Origin: Mucisphaera calidilacus
GTDB taxonomy: Bacteria > Planctomycetota > Phycisphaerae > Phycisphaerales > Phycisphaeraceae
Length of the DNA stretch: 32,000 bases
Assembly: GCF_007748075.1 (NCBI RefSeq)
Contig: NZ_CP036280.1
Coordinates: 570,001-602,000, forward strand
Direction of reading: 5' to 3'
A model generated the notes under the pieces. It saw nothing but the letters and a program-made list of their open reading frames with translations, searched no databases and was not told where the DNA came from. The position numbers and the translations under genes were made by a program. This document shows positions 16,915-24,861 of this stretch, piece after piece (positions within the stretch are counted from its first letter, which is position 1; every line of letters begins with the position of its first letter).

Positions 16915-17769
16915 ATGACCAACCAAACCCACCCCTACCGTCCCAAGGGCTTCACCCTCATCGAGCTCCTCGTGGTGATCTCCATCATCGCGCTGCTCAT
17001 CGGCATCCTCCTGCCCGCTCTCGGAGCCGCACGCGAAACCGCCCGCGCCATCCAGTGCTCGTCCGGCGAACGACAGATGGGCGTCGCCTTCTACGTCTAC
17101 GCCGAGGACTACGACCAGTACTGGCCCTCGGGTTACATCGAGCCAGGCACCGGCTTCCCCGGAATCGTCGGCTACTACCAGTGGGACATCAACGGCATCG
17201 CGCCCTACGCCCTCGGCGGCCAGAGCTTCCCGCCCACGATGACTGACCGCTACGCCAACTACGCCGATGCCCTCGAAGGCTCGATCATGGAGTGCCCCAA
17301 CGCGGCCTACGACCGAAGCTATGAGAATCAGGCCGTCCCCCAGGAGGAACTCGTCCCGAACCTCCGCATCATGGGGCGCGGCTACGGCTACAACATCGAC
17401 ATGCATGCACTGCCCGAGTTCATCGACCCCAATCAGTACAACCCTCGTGGCAACAACATCATCCCCGGCTGGCAGCAGTTCAAACGCCCCAACGCCATCA
17501 AGTACACCAGTCAGACCATGCTCCTCTCCGACACCGAGTACAACCCCGAGCCGGCTACCGGCAACGACATGGCCAAGCTCGGTTTCAACCAGATCCTCGA
17601 CTGGATGATCCCCGTCGCCTCCAAGCGGCACAGCGACGCCCTCAACATCCTCTACGTCGACGGGCACGCCTCACGCGTCTCCGCAGGCGACGAAGAACTC
17701 TTCGAGGCCGGTTCAGGCGTCCAGAACGCCGACAACATGGCCTGGCGACGCTTCATGGTCGGTCAGTGA
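16915..17769 (+). CDS. prepilin-type N-terminal cleavage/methylation protein of the H-X9-DG (DUF1559) family
   Basis: 'KGFTLIELLVVISIIALLIGILLPAL' is the class III signal and pseudopilin helix. C-terminal 'HSDALNILYVDGH' fits H-x9-DG exactly. Confidence 0.9.
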   Translation: MTNQTHPYRPKGFTLIELLVVISIIALLIGILLPALGAARETARAIQCSSGERQMGVAFYVYAEDYDQYWPSGYIEPGTGFPGIVGYYQWDINGIAPYALGGQSFPPTMTDRYANYADALEGSIMECPNAAYDRSYENQAVPQEELVPNLRIMGRGYGYNIDMHALPEFIDPNQYNPRGNNIIPGWQQFKRPNAIKYTSQTMLLSDTEYNPEPATGNDMAKLGFNQILDWMIPVASKRHSDALNILYVDGHASRVSAGDEELFEAGSGVQNADNMAWRRFMVGQ

Positions 17770-17827
17770 GAACCGTTCCTGACTCGGTACCGAATCAACG
17801 GACCTCGCCTCGCGAAAGACCGTGACG

Positions 17828-18292
17828 ATGAAAAAACAAGCTGTTGCCAAAATCGTGATCTCGCTGCTCGTCATCGCCGCTGGTGCCTACCTCATCTTCT
17901 CCAGCGTCAACGACACCGGCGGCATCCCCGACCAGGCCTACTTCTACGACCTCAACACCCAGCAGATCGTCCTGATGCCCAAGACCACCGCCGCCCCCGT
18001 CGAGCTGGACAGCGGACCGCACAACGGCGAGCCAGCGGGCGTCAAGGCGCGGGTCTACGCGTGCAACGGCGTCGAGGAACTCCTCTGGCTCGAACGATAC
18101 CCGCTCCACCTCCGCGATAAAGTCGCCAACGGACCCATGATGTCCGCACCCCTCGAGGTCAGGCACCCCGATGACCCCGACGGAAAGTGGGTCCTGAAAA
18201 ACTCCCCCGAAGGCCAGGAACTGACATCCACACGCTTCAAGGAACTCCGCGACAAGGCCGGCGGCGGCGTGCCGAGGGAGGTCTTCCCCTGA
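17828..18292 (+). CDS. hypothetical N-terminally anchored protein (no family recognised)
   Basis: ATG 17828 (alternative GTG 17822). It has one TM/signal-anchor (AKIVISLLVIAAGAYLIF) and high third-position GC. It follows the H-X9-DG gene after about 55 nt. Confidence 0.5.
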   Translation: MKKQAVAKIVISLLVIAAGAYLIFSSVNDTGGIPDQAYFYDLNTQQIVLMPKTTAAPVELDSGPHNGEPAGVKARVYACNGVEELLWLERYPLHLRDKVANGPMMSAPLEVRHPDDPDGKWVLKNSPEGQELTSTRFKELRDKAGGGVPREVFP

Positions 18293-18484
18293 TCAACAAA
18301 GGCTGAAGACAGGCTTCGGAACGCGAGAGATGAAAACCGGGTGAGTTGCCCGGTCTCCGAAACCTGGATAAAGCCCAACAGGTTCGTCTGTAACGCCTCG
18401 TGAATTAAGCTTGTTTCGTGAACAGTTGTTTTGTTTTGCAAACCGTGTCCCATGCATCATGATCTCTATTAGGAGGAAATCGCC

Positions 18485-19765
18485 ATGTCATCGACTCGCA
18501 ACCGCCGTTTCGCCCTGCCCACCGCGGCACTCATCGCCGTCATCGCCAGCCCGGCCCTCGCCGACTTCAACGATGACTTCACCACCACCGGCATCCTCGC
18601 CGACAACTACGGCTTCTTCGGCCTCGCCACACTGCCCGATTCCGAAACCGACCCCACATCCTTCTCCGACGAGTTCGGCGCAGCCGACGACTACGTCTTC
18701 GGCGACGCCTACACCTCAGGATCCAACACCTACGGCAACAGCAGCTTCGACCTCGACGAATCCCTCGGACAGGTCGACATGACCGTCTCGGGCGGTCAGG
18801 GCGGCCACTTCCAGTTCGTCCGGCTCTCCCGCAGCGCCGACGAGTCCAACTTCTTCGACCTCTCGCAGGGTGTCCAGCTCAAGATCATGTTTGGCGGCCT
18901 CGACGGGCAGTCCTGGATCTCCACGCCCCGCAACCCCATCGTCTTCGGTTTCGCCAGCACCGACAACAACCCCGAATTCCAGATCCAGATCGGCAACTTC
19001 GCCGGCAACGACTCCCTGCTCCGCGCCCAGGCCGACGGCGTTGACCTCCCCGGCCTCACCTACCCCGTCTCCAGCATCCTCGAAGCCTCCTACCCCCCGG
19101 TCAACGTCGCCTTCTTCGGCACCGAGGCCATCCTCAACATCGACGCCGACAGCTACAGCCTCATCATTAACCCCACCCACGACGCCAACCAGGGCTGGAC
19201 CGAGATGATCCCCGACACGCCCCACGGGCTGACGTTCGCCCCAGGTGAAGGCTCCATCCCCTTCTTTGAAGCGCGGCGTGTCTACGGCGGCGCCAACACC
19301 ACCCTCAGCGTCACCAACTTCTCCGTCACCGGCACCACCGTTGTCGTCGACCCCGGCTTGCCCGGCGACTTCAACGAGGACGGCGTCCTCGATTCACTCG
19401 ACATCGACCTGCTCTTCGCCAACCTCGGCGCTACCACCCCCTCCGACTACGACCTCAACGAAGACGGCACCGTCGACAACGCCGACGTTGACCTCCTCGT
19501 CGAAGGTGCCGACTACCTCAACTCCTTCTACGGCGACGCCAACACCGACCAGGCCGTTGACCTGCTCGACCTCTCGGCACTCGCCTCCAACTTCGAAGAA
19601 GTCGGCAAGCTCTGGGCCGATGGCGACTTCAACGGCGACGGATACGTCAACCTCCTCGACCTCTCCATCCTCGCCACCAACTTCGACCAGTCCAAGGCCG
19701 TACCCGAGCCCGCCTCCGTGGCCGTCCTCGGACTCATGGCCGCCGCACTCCGTCGTCGTGGCTGA
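18485..19765 (+). CDS. secreted protein: unrecognised beta-rich N-domain + 2 dockerin-like modules (4 EF-hand repeats) + PEP-CTERM anchor
   Basis: AGGAGG lies 8 nt upstream. Signal peptide ends ...ASPALA/DF. The repeats are 'GDFNEDGVLDSLDIDLL', 'DLNEDGTVDNADVDLL', 'GDANTDQAVDLLDLSALA' and 'GDFNGDGYVNLLDLSILA'. The C-terminus is 'VPEPASVAVLGLMAAALRRRG'. Confidence 0.8.
   Translation: MSSTRNRRFALPTAALIAVIASPALADFNDDFTTTGILADNYGFFGLATLPDSETDPTSFSDEFGAADDYVFGDAYTSGSNTYGNSSFDLDESLGQVDMTVSGGQGGHFQFVRLSRSADESNFFDLSQGVQLKIMFGGLDGQSWISTPRNPIVFGFASTDNNPEFQIQIGNFAGNDSLLRAQADGVDLPGLTYPVSSILEASYPPVNVAFFGTEAILNIDADSYSLIINPTHDANQGWTEMIPDTPHGLTFAPGEGSIPFFEARRVYGGANTTLSVTNFSVTGTTVVVDPGLPGDFNEDGVLDSLDIDLLFANLGATTPSDYDLNEDGTVDNADVDLLVEGADYLNSFYGDANTDQAVDLLDLSALASNFEEVGKLWADGDFNGDGYVNLLDLSILATNFDQSKAVPEPASVAVLGLMAAALRRRG
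19364..19765 (+). repeat. dockerin x2 + PEP-CTERM cassette, copy 1 (partner copy at 22450-22845)
   Basis: The roughly 130-aa C-terminal modules of the two proteins align end to end with one 1-aa gap, at roughly 60 % aa identity by eye. Long near-identical nucleotide runs include ttctacggcgacgccaac and gacctgctcgacctctc. Confidence 0.75.
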
Positions 19766-19796
19766 GCCGCAAACGATGACATGATTCTCCCCCTCC

Positions 19797-19816
19797 TGGG
19801 CCGGGAAACCGGCCCA
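19797..19816 (+). terminator. stem-loop TGGGCCGG-GAAA-CCGGCCCA after PEP-CTERM gene A (no U-tract)
   Basis: An 8-bp stem with a GAAA tetraloop, 31 nt after the stop at 19765. Confidence 0.4.
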
Positions 19817-19931
19817 TGGGGCTTCAAGGAAAACGGACGGCAGGGACGCTCATCAACCACAGAAAGAGGAATCGACCGACTCGCACTTCGTAACCCGGCT
19901 ACTCAGCCAGATTTAGGATTGGAGAAAGACC

Positions 19932-20744
19932 ATGAGCATGAACCTCAAGACAACCAGCGCCCTCCTGACCGTCGCCTTCGCGGCGACCACCGCATCCGCC
20001 AACTTCATGGACGACTTCGACAGCGTCGGCGAACTCGCCAACAACTACGGCTACTTCCACTTCGGCACCAACGAAGGCGGCGCAGGACTCGACGCCAACA
20101 CCTTCAGCAACGGCGCCAGCTTCGCGCTCGACGACGCCAACAGCAAAGTCAACCTCTACCTGCCCGACCCCGGCGGCTTCAACTTCCTCCGCCTAACACG
20201 CGGCATGGATGCGGAAAACCTCTACGACATGAGCCAGCCCGTCCAGCTCAGCGCCAAGGCCTCCGGACTCGATAACCTCAACTTCGACTCGATCCGCAAC
20301 CCCTTCGGGCTCGGCCTCGACTTCCCCGAGGGCACCAACCCCGATATCACCGTCAAGATCCAGCTCACCAGGAGCTACACCAACCCGCCCACCTCACGGA
20401 TCCAGGTCCAGGCCAACGACGGCTCGTCCTTCGATCTCCCCGGCGGCGCACAGCAGACCATCAACATCAATGTCCAGAACAAGGACATCGTCTTTGACAT
20501 CGACGCCGACAGCTACAGCCTCACCATCGGCAACACCGTCGTCATCCCCGATACCCTTCACGGCATCGTCTTCGACACCGCCGTCGGCGGCACGCCCTTC
20601 ATCGAAGCTCAGCACATCTTCGATGGCGGCGCCACCGACTTCTCCGTCGAGTACTTCGCCGGCACCGGCACCGCGATCCCCGAGCCCGCCTCACTCGCTA
20701 TGCTCGCCCTCGGCGGCATCGCGATGATCCGTCGCTCCGCCTGA
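19932..20744 (+). CDS. secreted PEP-CTERM protein carrying the same unrecognised N-domain as 18485..19765
   Basis: Signal peptide ends ...ATTASA/NF. It shares blocks with the upstream gene (NFMDDF.., LANNYGYF, IDADSYSLTIGNT, IPDTLHG..PFIEA). The C-terminus is 'IPEPASLAMLALGGIAMIRRSA'. Confidence 0.75.
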   Translation: MSMNLKTTSALLTVAFAATTASANFMDDFDSVGELANNYGYFHFGTNEGGAGLDANTFSNGASFALDDANSKVNLYLPDPGGFNFLRLTRGMDAENLYDMSQPVQLSAKASGLDNLNFDSIRNPFGLGLDFPEGTNPDITVKIQLTRSYTNPPTSRIQVQANDGSSFDLPGGAQQTININVQNKDIVFDIDADSYSLTIGNTVVIPDTLHGIVFDTAVGGTPFIEAQHIFDGGATDFSVEYFAGTGTAIPEPASLAMLALGGIAMIRRSA

Positions 20745-20761
20745 TCACGCTCGCCTCTCCA

Positions 20762-20789
20762 CCCGAGGTCTCCGAAAGGAGACCCCGGG
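20762..20789 (+). terminator. stem-loop CCCG-a-GGTCTCC-GAAA-GGAGACC-c-CGGG after PEP-CTERM gene B (no U-tract)
   Basis: A 7-bp core stem with a GAAA tetraloop, plus a 4-bp extension across one A/C mismatch. It lies 17 nt after the stop at 20744. Confidence 0.4.
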
Positions 20790-20865
20790 TCTTGCAACCA
20801 ACCCTCCAGACGTCACAAACCCGGTGACCAGAACCCTCCAGGAATCGATCAGTTAGGGGCTCCCC

Positions 20866-22845
20866 ATGACGCCGGCACGCAGTACCACCCGCATCGCAAT
20901 GGCCGCCTTCCTCACCTGCGCCGCGGCATCGACCGCCACCGCAGGACTCGGCACCAGCGCGCCCGCCAACCCGCTGCTCATGGGCGGCAACCAGAACTTC
21001 GCCAACTACGACAACCTCCTCAACAAAAACTCCTTCCTCGCCATGATCCGGGCACTCCAGATGCCCAACATGCGCTACATCGCCGGCAGCCCCGCCTCCT
21101 TCTGGGACGCGTTGAATGCCGAGTTTGTCCCCGAGCAGGAGATCCTCGATATCTGGCCCGACGCCTGGTTCGTCTCCAACGGCGCGAACGACTGGGTCAA
21201 CGGCATGCCCGCCTCCCAGTTCTCCGTCGACCGCATGGACGCCGCCATGGCCACCGCGGGTGTCTCCAACATCCAGTGGATCGCCAACCTCACCACCCGG
21301 GAAGACGATCAGGACGACCTCTTCACCTACCTCGACGCCCAGGGATACAACTACGATTACATCGAGGCCGACAACGAGGCCTTCTTCTGGGGCAGCGAGT
21401 TCGCCGCAGCCGGAGGCGGAACCGAGTACGGCAAACGCATCGCCAACAAGCTCGCTCCCACCGTCCGCGCCCTCAACCCCAACGCCAAGATCGGCGCCGA
21501 CTTCCGCAGCAACGAGTTCTTCACCGGCGAATCCGAGTCCGGCGGCTTCAACGCTAACTGGAACAGCAACCTCTACGGCCAGATCAACCGCAACGGCAAC
21601 GGGCCCCACTTCGACGCCATCATCCTCCACCACTACAAGATGGGCAGCGACGGACTCAGCGGCTACAGCACCGCCAACCGCCGACAGGCCTTCCTCGCCT
21701 TCCCCGAAGCCACCATCGAACGCGCCGCTCGCGTCGCCGAAGAAGACTACGGCGACCTGCCCATCTGGATCACCGAGTACAACGTCATCGCCTACAACGG
21801 CTCCGGCGGCGGCTCCAACGGCGAATGGATCCGATCCACACAGAACACCGGATGGAACGCCTTCTACCAGGCCGGCTTCTACCTCACCGCCTTCGCCAAC
21901 CCCGACGACATCGAACTCATGAACCACCACGCCGTCCGATCCGGCATCTGGGGCATGGCCAAGGAAATCAGCACCTCCCAGGCCGAACTCAACGCCACAG
22001 GCGTCATCTACGCCCACGTCACCGACATCCTCGTCGACGCCGAAGAAATGATGCCCGTCGAGCCCGACAACAACCCCGACATGAACATCACCATCGTCGG
22101 CGACAGCGACCTCAACGCCTTCCAGGCCGCCGCACTCTACGACCAGGACAGCGAAACCCTCAGCATCCTCGTCATGAACCGCGACGACGCCGCACACGAC
22201 TTCCAGCTCTCCGACTACGGGCTCTACTCCAGTCTCGACATCGTTACCTACCTCGCCGACGACCCCGACGCCAACGGCTACAAGACCGTCAGCCTCACCA
22301 GCAGGATCCCCCTCTACGAACAGGACGCCGCTCCCTTCCAGCCCACCACCTCGCAGCAATTCCTCGCACTCGGACAGCCGCTCGACATCGAACTCCCCGC
22401 CTTCTCCTTCTCCGTCCTCACCCTCAGCGGGCAGGAAGCGCCACTCGCCGGTGATCTCAACGGCGACGGCGTCGTCGATACCCTCGACATCAACGTCCTC
22501 TTCGACAACCTCGGCAGCTCCGACCCCTTCTACGACCTCAACCAAGACGGCTCCGTCGACAACGACGACGTCACCCTCCTTGTCGAGGGCGAAGACTTCA
22601 TCAATTCCTTCTACGGCGACGCCAACGGCGATCAGTCCGTCGACCTGCTCGACCTCTCCGCACTCGCCGCCGACTTCGACACCGCCGGCCACGAATGGGA
22701 GCAGGGCGACTTCAACGGCGACTCCGCCGTCAACCTCACCGACCTCTCCATCCTCGCGTCCAACTTCGGTAACACCAACGCCGTCCCCGAACCCGCCGCA
22801 GCAACACTCCTCCTCGCACTCGCCGCTATCCGACGCCGACGCTGA
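20866..22845 (+). CDS. secreted clan GH-A-like (TIM-barrel) glycoside hydrolase + 2 dockerin-like modules + PEP-CTERM
   Basis: It has a signal peptide. 'YIEADNEAFFWG' is a candidate acid/base NE and 'PIWITEYNV' a candidate nucleophile TE. A beta-sandwich follows, then a dockerin cassette very similar to that of 18485..19765. The C-terminus is 'VPEPAAATLLLALAAIRRRR'. Confidence 0.7.
   Translation: MTPARSTTRIAMAAFLTCAAASTATAGLGTSAPANPLLMGGNQNFANYDNLLNKNSFLAMIRALQMPNMRYIAGSPASFWDALNAEFVPEQEILDIWPDAWFVSNGANDWVNGMPASQFSVDRMDAAMATAGVSNIQWIANLTTREDDQDDLFTYLDAQGYNYDYIEADNEAFFWGSEFAAAGGGTEYGKRIANKLAPTVRALNPNAKIGADFRSNEFFTGESESGGFNANWNSNLYGQINRNGNGPHFDAIILHHYKMGSDGLSGYSTANRRQAFLAFPEATIERAARVAEEDYGDLPIWITEYNVIAYNGSGGGSNGEWIRSTQNTGWNAFYQAGFYLTAFANPDDIELMNHHAVRSGIWGMAKEISTSQAELNATGVIYAHVTDILVDAEEMMPVEPDNNPDMNITIVGDSDLNAFQAAALYDQDSETLSILVMNRDDAAHDFQLSDYGLYSSLDIVTYLADDPDANGYKTVSLTSRIPLYEQDAAPFQPTTSQQFLALGQPLDIELPAFSFSVLTLSGQEAPLAGDLNGDGVVDTLDINVLFDNLGSSDPFYDLNQDGSVDNDDVTLLVEGEDFINSFYGDANGDQSVDLLDLSALAADFDTAGHEWEQGDFNGDSAVNLTDLSILASNFGNTNAVPEPAAATLLLALAAIRRRR
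22450..22845 (+). repeat. dockerin x2 + PEP-CTERM cassette, copy 2
   Basis: See 19364-19765. Confidence 0.75.
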
Positions 22846-22875
22846 GACCGACCCGACACCTCCGACCAACCCCGT

Positions 22876-22903
22876 GACCCCGGTCAGCTCGCTGGCCGGG
22901 GTC
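22876..22903. terminator. hairpin GACCCCGG-(t CAGC tc GCTG g)-CCGGGGTC between convergent genes (possible bidirectional terminator)
   Basis: An 8-bp outer stem plus a 4-bp inner stem, between the stop at 22845 (+) and the stop at 22990 (-). Confidence 0.4.
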
Positions 22904-22989
22904 GCCGCATAAACACCCTTGCGATGTCGTTCCGCATCCCGTGCAAGATGCCCCACGCGGACATCAGCAGGCCACGCTCATCTCACCGC

Positions 22990-24837
22990 TCAGCCCGACG
23001 CCTTGGGCGCCACACCCGAAGACCCCTTCGGATACAGCTTGTCCACGCCCACGAAGAACATCCGCAGCGACACCGCCGCCACCACGGCGCCGACGATCAT
23101 GAAGTGCCACAACGCCAGCAGAAGGCCCATGAACGCAAAGACCAGGCCCAGGATCGATCCCATCATGCTCAACGCCGTCACGCTCAACCAGAGCAGCGAG
23201 TCCGACGCGTCACGCTCCAGATCCGCCGCACGACGGATCGGCCCCCAGAAACCGAACGGACGCATCCGCTTGTAGAAAGCCACCAGCTTCTCCTTCGACT
23301 CCGGCGGGGTCAGCAGGATCACGATCACCGAGACCGTCGTGCTCGTGCACACGATCAGAAACGTCCGCAACGCCCAGAGTGTGTCGTTCGTGATCTCAAC
23401 CTCGAACCACACCAGCAACGAACGCGTCCACTCGTTCACATGCCCCGTCAGCATCAGCGTCGTGATCACCACCGAGCACGCCTGCGCCGACAACTCGCCC
23501 CAGATGTTCACACGCCACCACACGAAACGCAGCAGCTTCACCATGCCCACCGACTGAACCACGTTGATCGCGAACATGAACAGGTACAGGATGTCGTTCA
23601 CCATGAACCCGATCACCGACGCCAGCAGCGTGATGAACACCATGTACCAGCGTGAGGCCGTCACGTAGTGATGCTCGTCACGGCCCGGCGCCAGGTACGC
23701 CTTGTAAATGTCGTTCGTGAAGATCGACGTCGAGTTGTGAATGTTCGTATCGAACGAGGACATGAACGCCGACAGAAAGCCCGCCGCCATCAACCCCATC
23801 AGGCCGATCGGCATGTACTGACGCACCAGCGCCGGGAACACCATCTCGTGGTCCGCGATCGCCTGACCGTCCGGACCCACCGCCGCCGGAAACTGCTCCA
23901 GCAGGTACGCGTCACTGATCAGGAACAACCCCGCAAGACCGCAGATGTAGTAAGGCCAGTTGCGGAACGCGAAGTTCAGGATGCCCGTGTACAACCCCGT
24001 GTAAATGACCTCACGCTCGTCCTTCAGACAGAAGCTGCGCTGGTTGTGCGGGTTGTAGTTCCCCTGCTCCATGATCGCGAACACGATGTAGAAGATCAGC
24101 ACCCAGATCACCGTTGGCATCAGCGATAACAGCTTCTCCGAGTCGGCGTGGCTCTCCAACGCCGTCCGCAGACCGATCGGACCACCCATGTCAATGAAGA
24201 TAAACGTCAACAGCATGTAGGTCGCGAACAACGCCACCAGCACCTCGAACAGGTCCGTCCACACCACACCGTGCACGCCCGAGGCCGCCGAATAAACAAG
24301 CGTCACCAAAATCAGGACCGCGATGATCACGATGCTCGTGTCCATCGTCATGCCGAGAAACAGGAAGTCAGGCGGCAGGCCAAGCAGCACCGTCACCACC
24401 TTCTTCATACCCACCAGGCCGATCGCCGCCCACATCGCGGCCACGATGATCCCGTACAGCACCGAGTCGAACGTCCGCGCCACGTCCGCGCCACGCCCGT
24501 GATAACGCGCGTGATAAAACTCCATCTGTGTCACGAACGCCGCACGACGCCAGAGCCGGACGAAAAACACCGACGAGATCGCCATCGTGAAGATGCTCCG
24601 CCACGTGAACCACAGCCCACCCAGACCGTCCTGGCGGATCTTCCGCGAGTCCGAAAGCATCGTCGACGCGTTCAAACCTGTCGCCAGAACCGACGCGCCC
24701 GCCAGCCACCACGGCATCTTCCGGCCCGCCAGAATGAACTCGTCCGTGTTGCTGCCCGCACGCTTCGCGAGCTTCGCGCCCAGAACAAGCAGACCGACCA
24801 TGAAACTGACCACGACGGTCCAGTCAATCCAGTGCAT
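22990..24837 (-). CDS. sodium:solute symporter (SSS/SSF) family permease
   Basis: 615 aa, polytopic. The N-terminus 'DWTVVVSFMVGLLVLGAKLAKRAGSNTDEFILAGRKMPWWLAGASVLAT' is the typical SSF TM1-TM2 region. It lies 24 nt downstream of the preceding minus-strand gene, with a GAAGGA Shine-Dalgarno sequence. Confidence 0.85.
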   Translation of the reverse strand: MHWIDWTVVVSFMVGLLVLGAKLAKRAGSNTDEFILAGRKMPWWLAGASVLATGLNASTMLSDSRKIRQDGLGGLWFTWRSIFTMAISSVFFVRLWRRAAFVTQMEFYHARYHGRGADVARTFDSVLYGIIVAAMWAAIGLVGMKKVVTVLLGLPPDFLFLGMTMDTSIVIIAVLILVTLVYSAASGVHGVVWTDLFEVLVALFATYMLLTFIFIDMGGPIGLRTALESHADSEKLLSLMPTVIWVLIFYIVFAIMEQGNYNPHNQRSFCLKDEREVIYTGLYTGILNFAFRNWPYYICGLAGLFLISDAYLLEQFPAAVGPDGQAIADHEMVFPALVRQYMPIGLMGLMAAGFLSAFMSSFDTNIHNSTSIFTNDIYKAYLAPGRDEHHYVTASRWYMVFITLLASVIGFMVNDILYLFMFAINVVQSVGMVKLLRFVWWRVNIWGELSAQACSVVITTLMLTGHVNEWTRSLLVWFEVEITNDTLWALRTFLIVCTSTTVSVIVILLTPPESKEKLVAFYKRMRPFGFWGPIRRAADLERDASDSLLWLSVTALSMMGSILGLVFAFMGLLLALWHFMIVGAVVAAVSLRMFFVGVDKLYPKGSSGVAPKASG

Positions 24838-24861
24838 TTAATATTGTCCTTCTTAGCTAAA

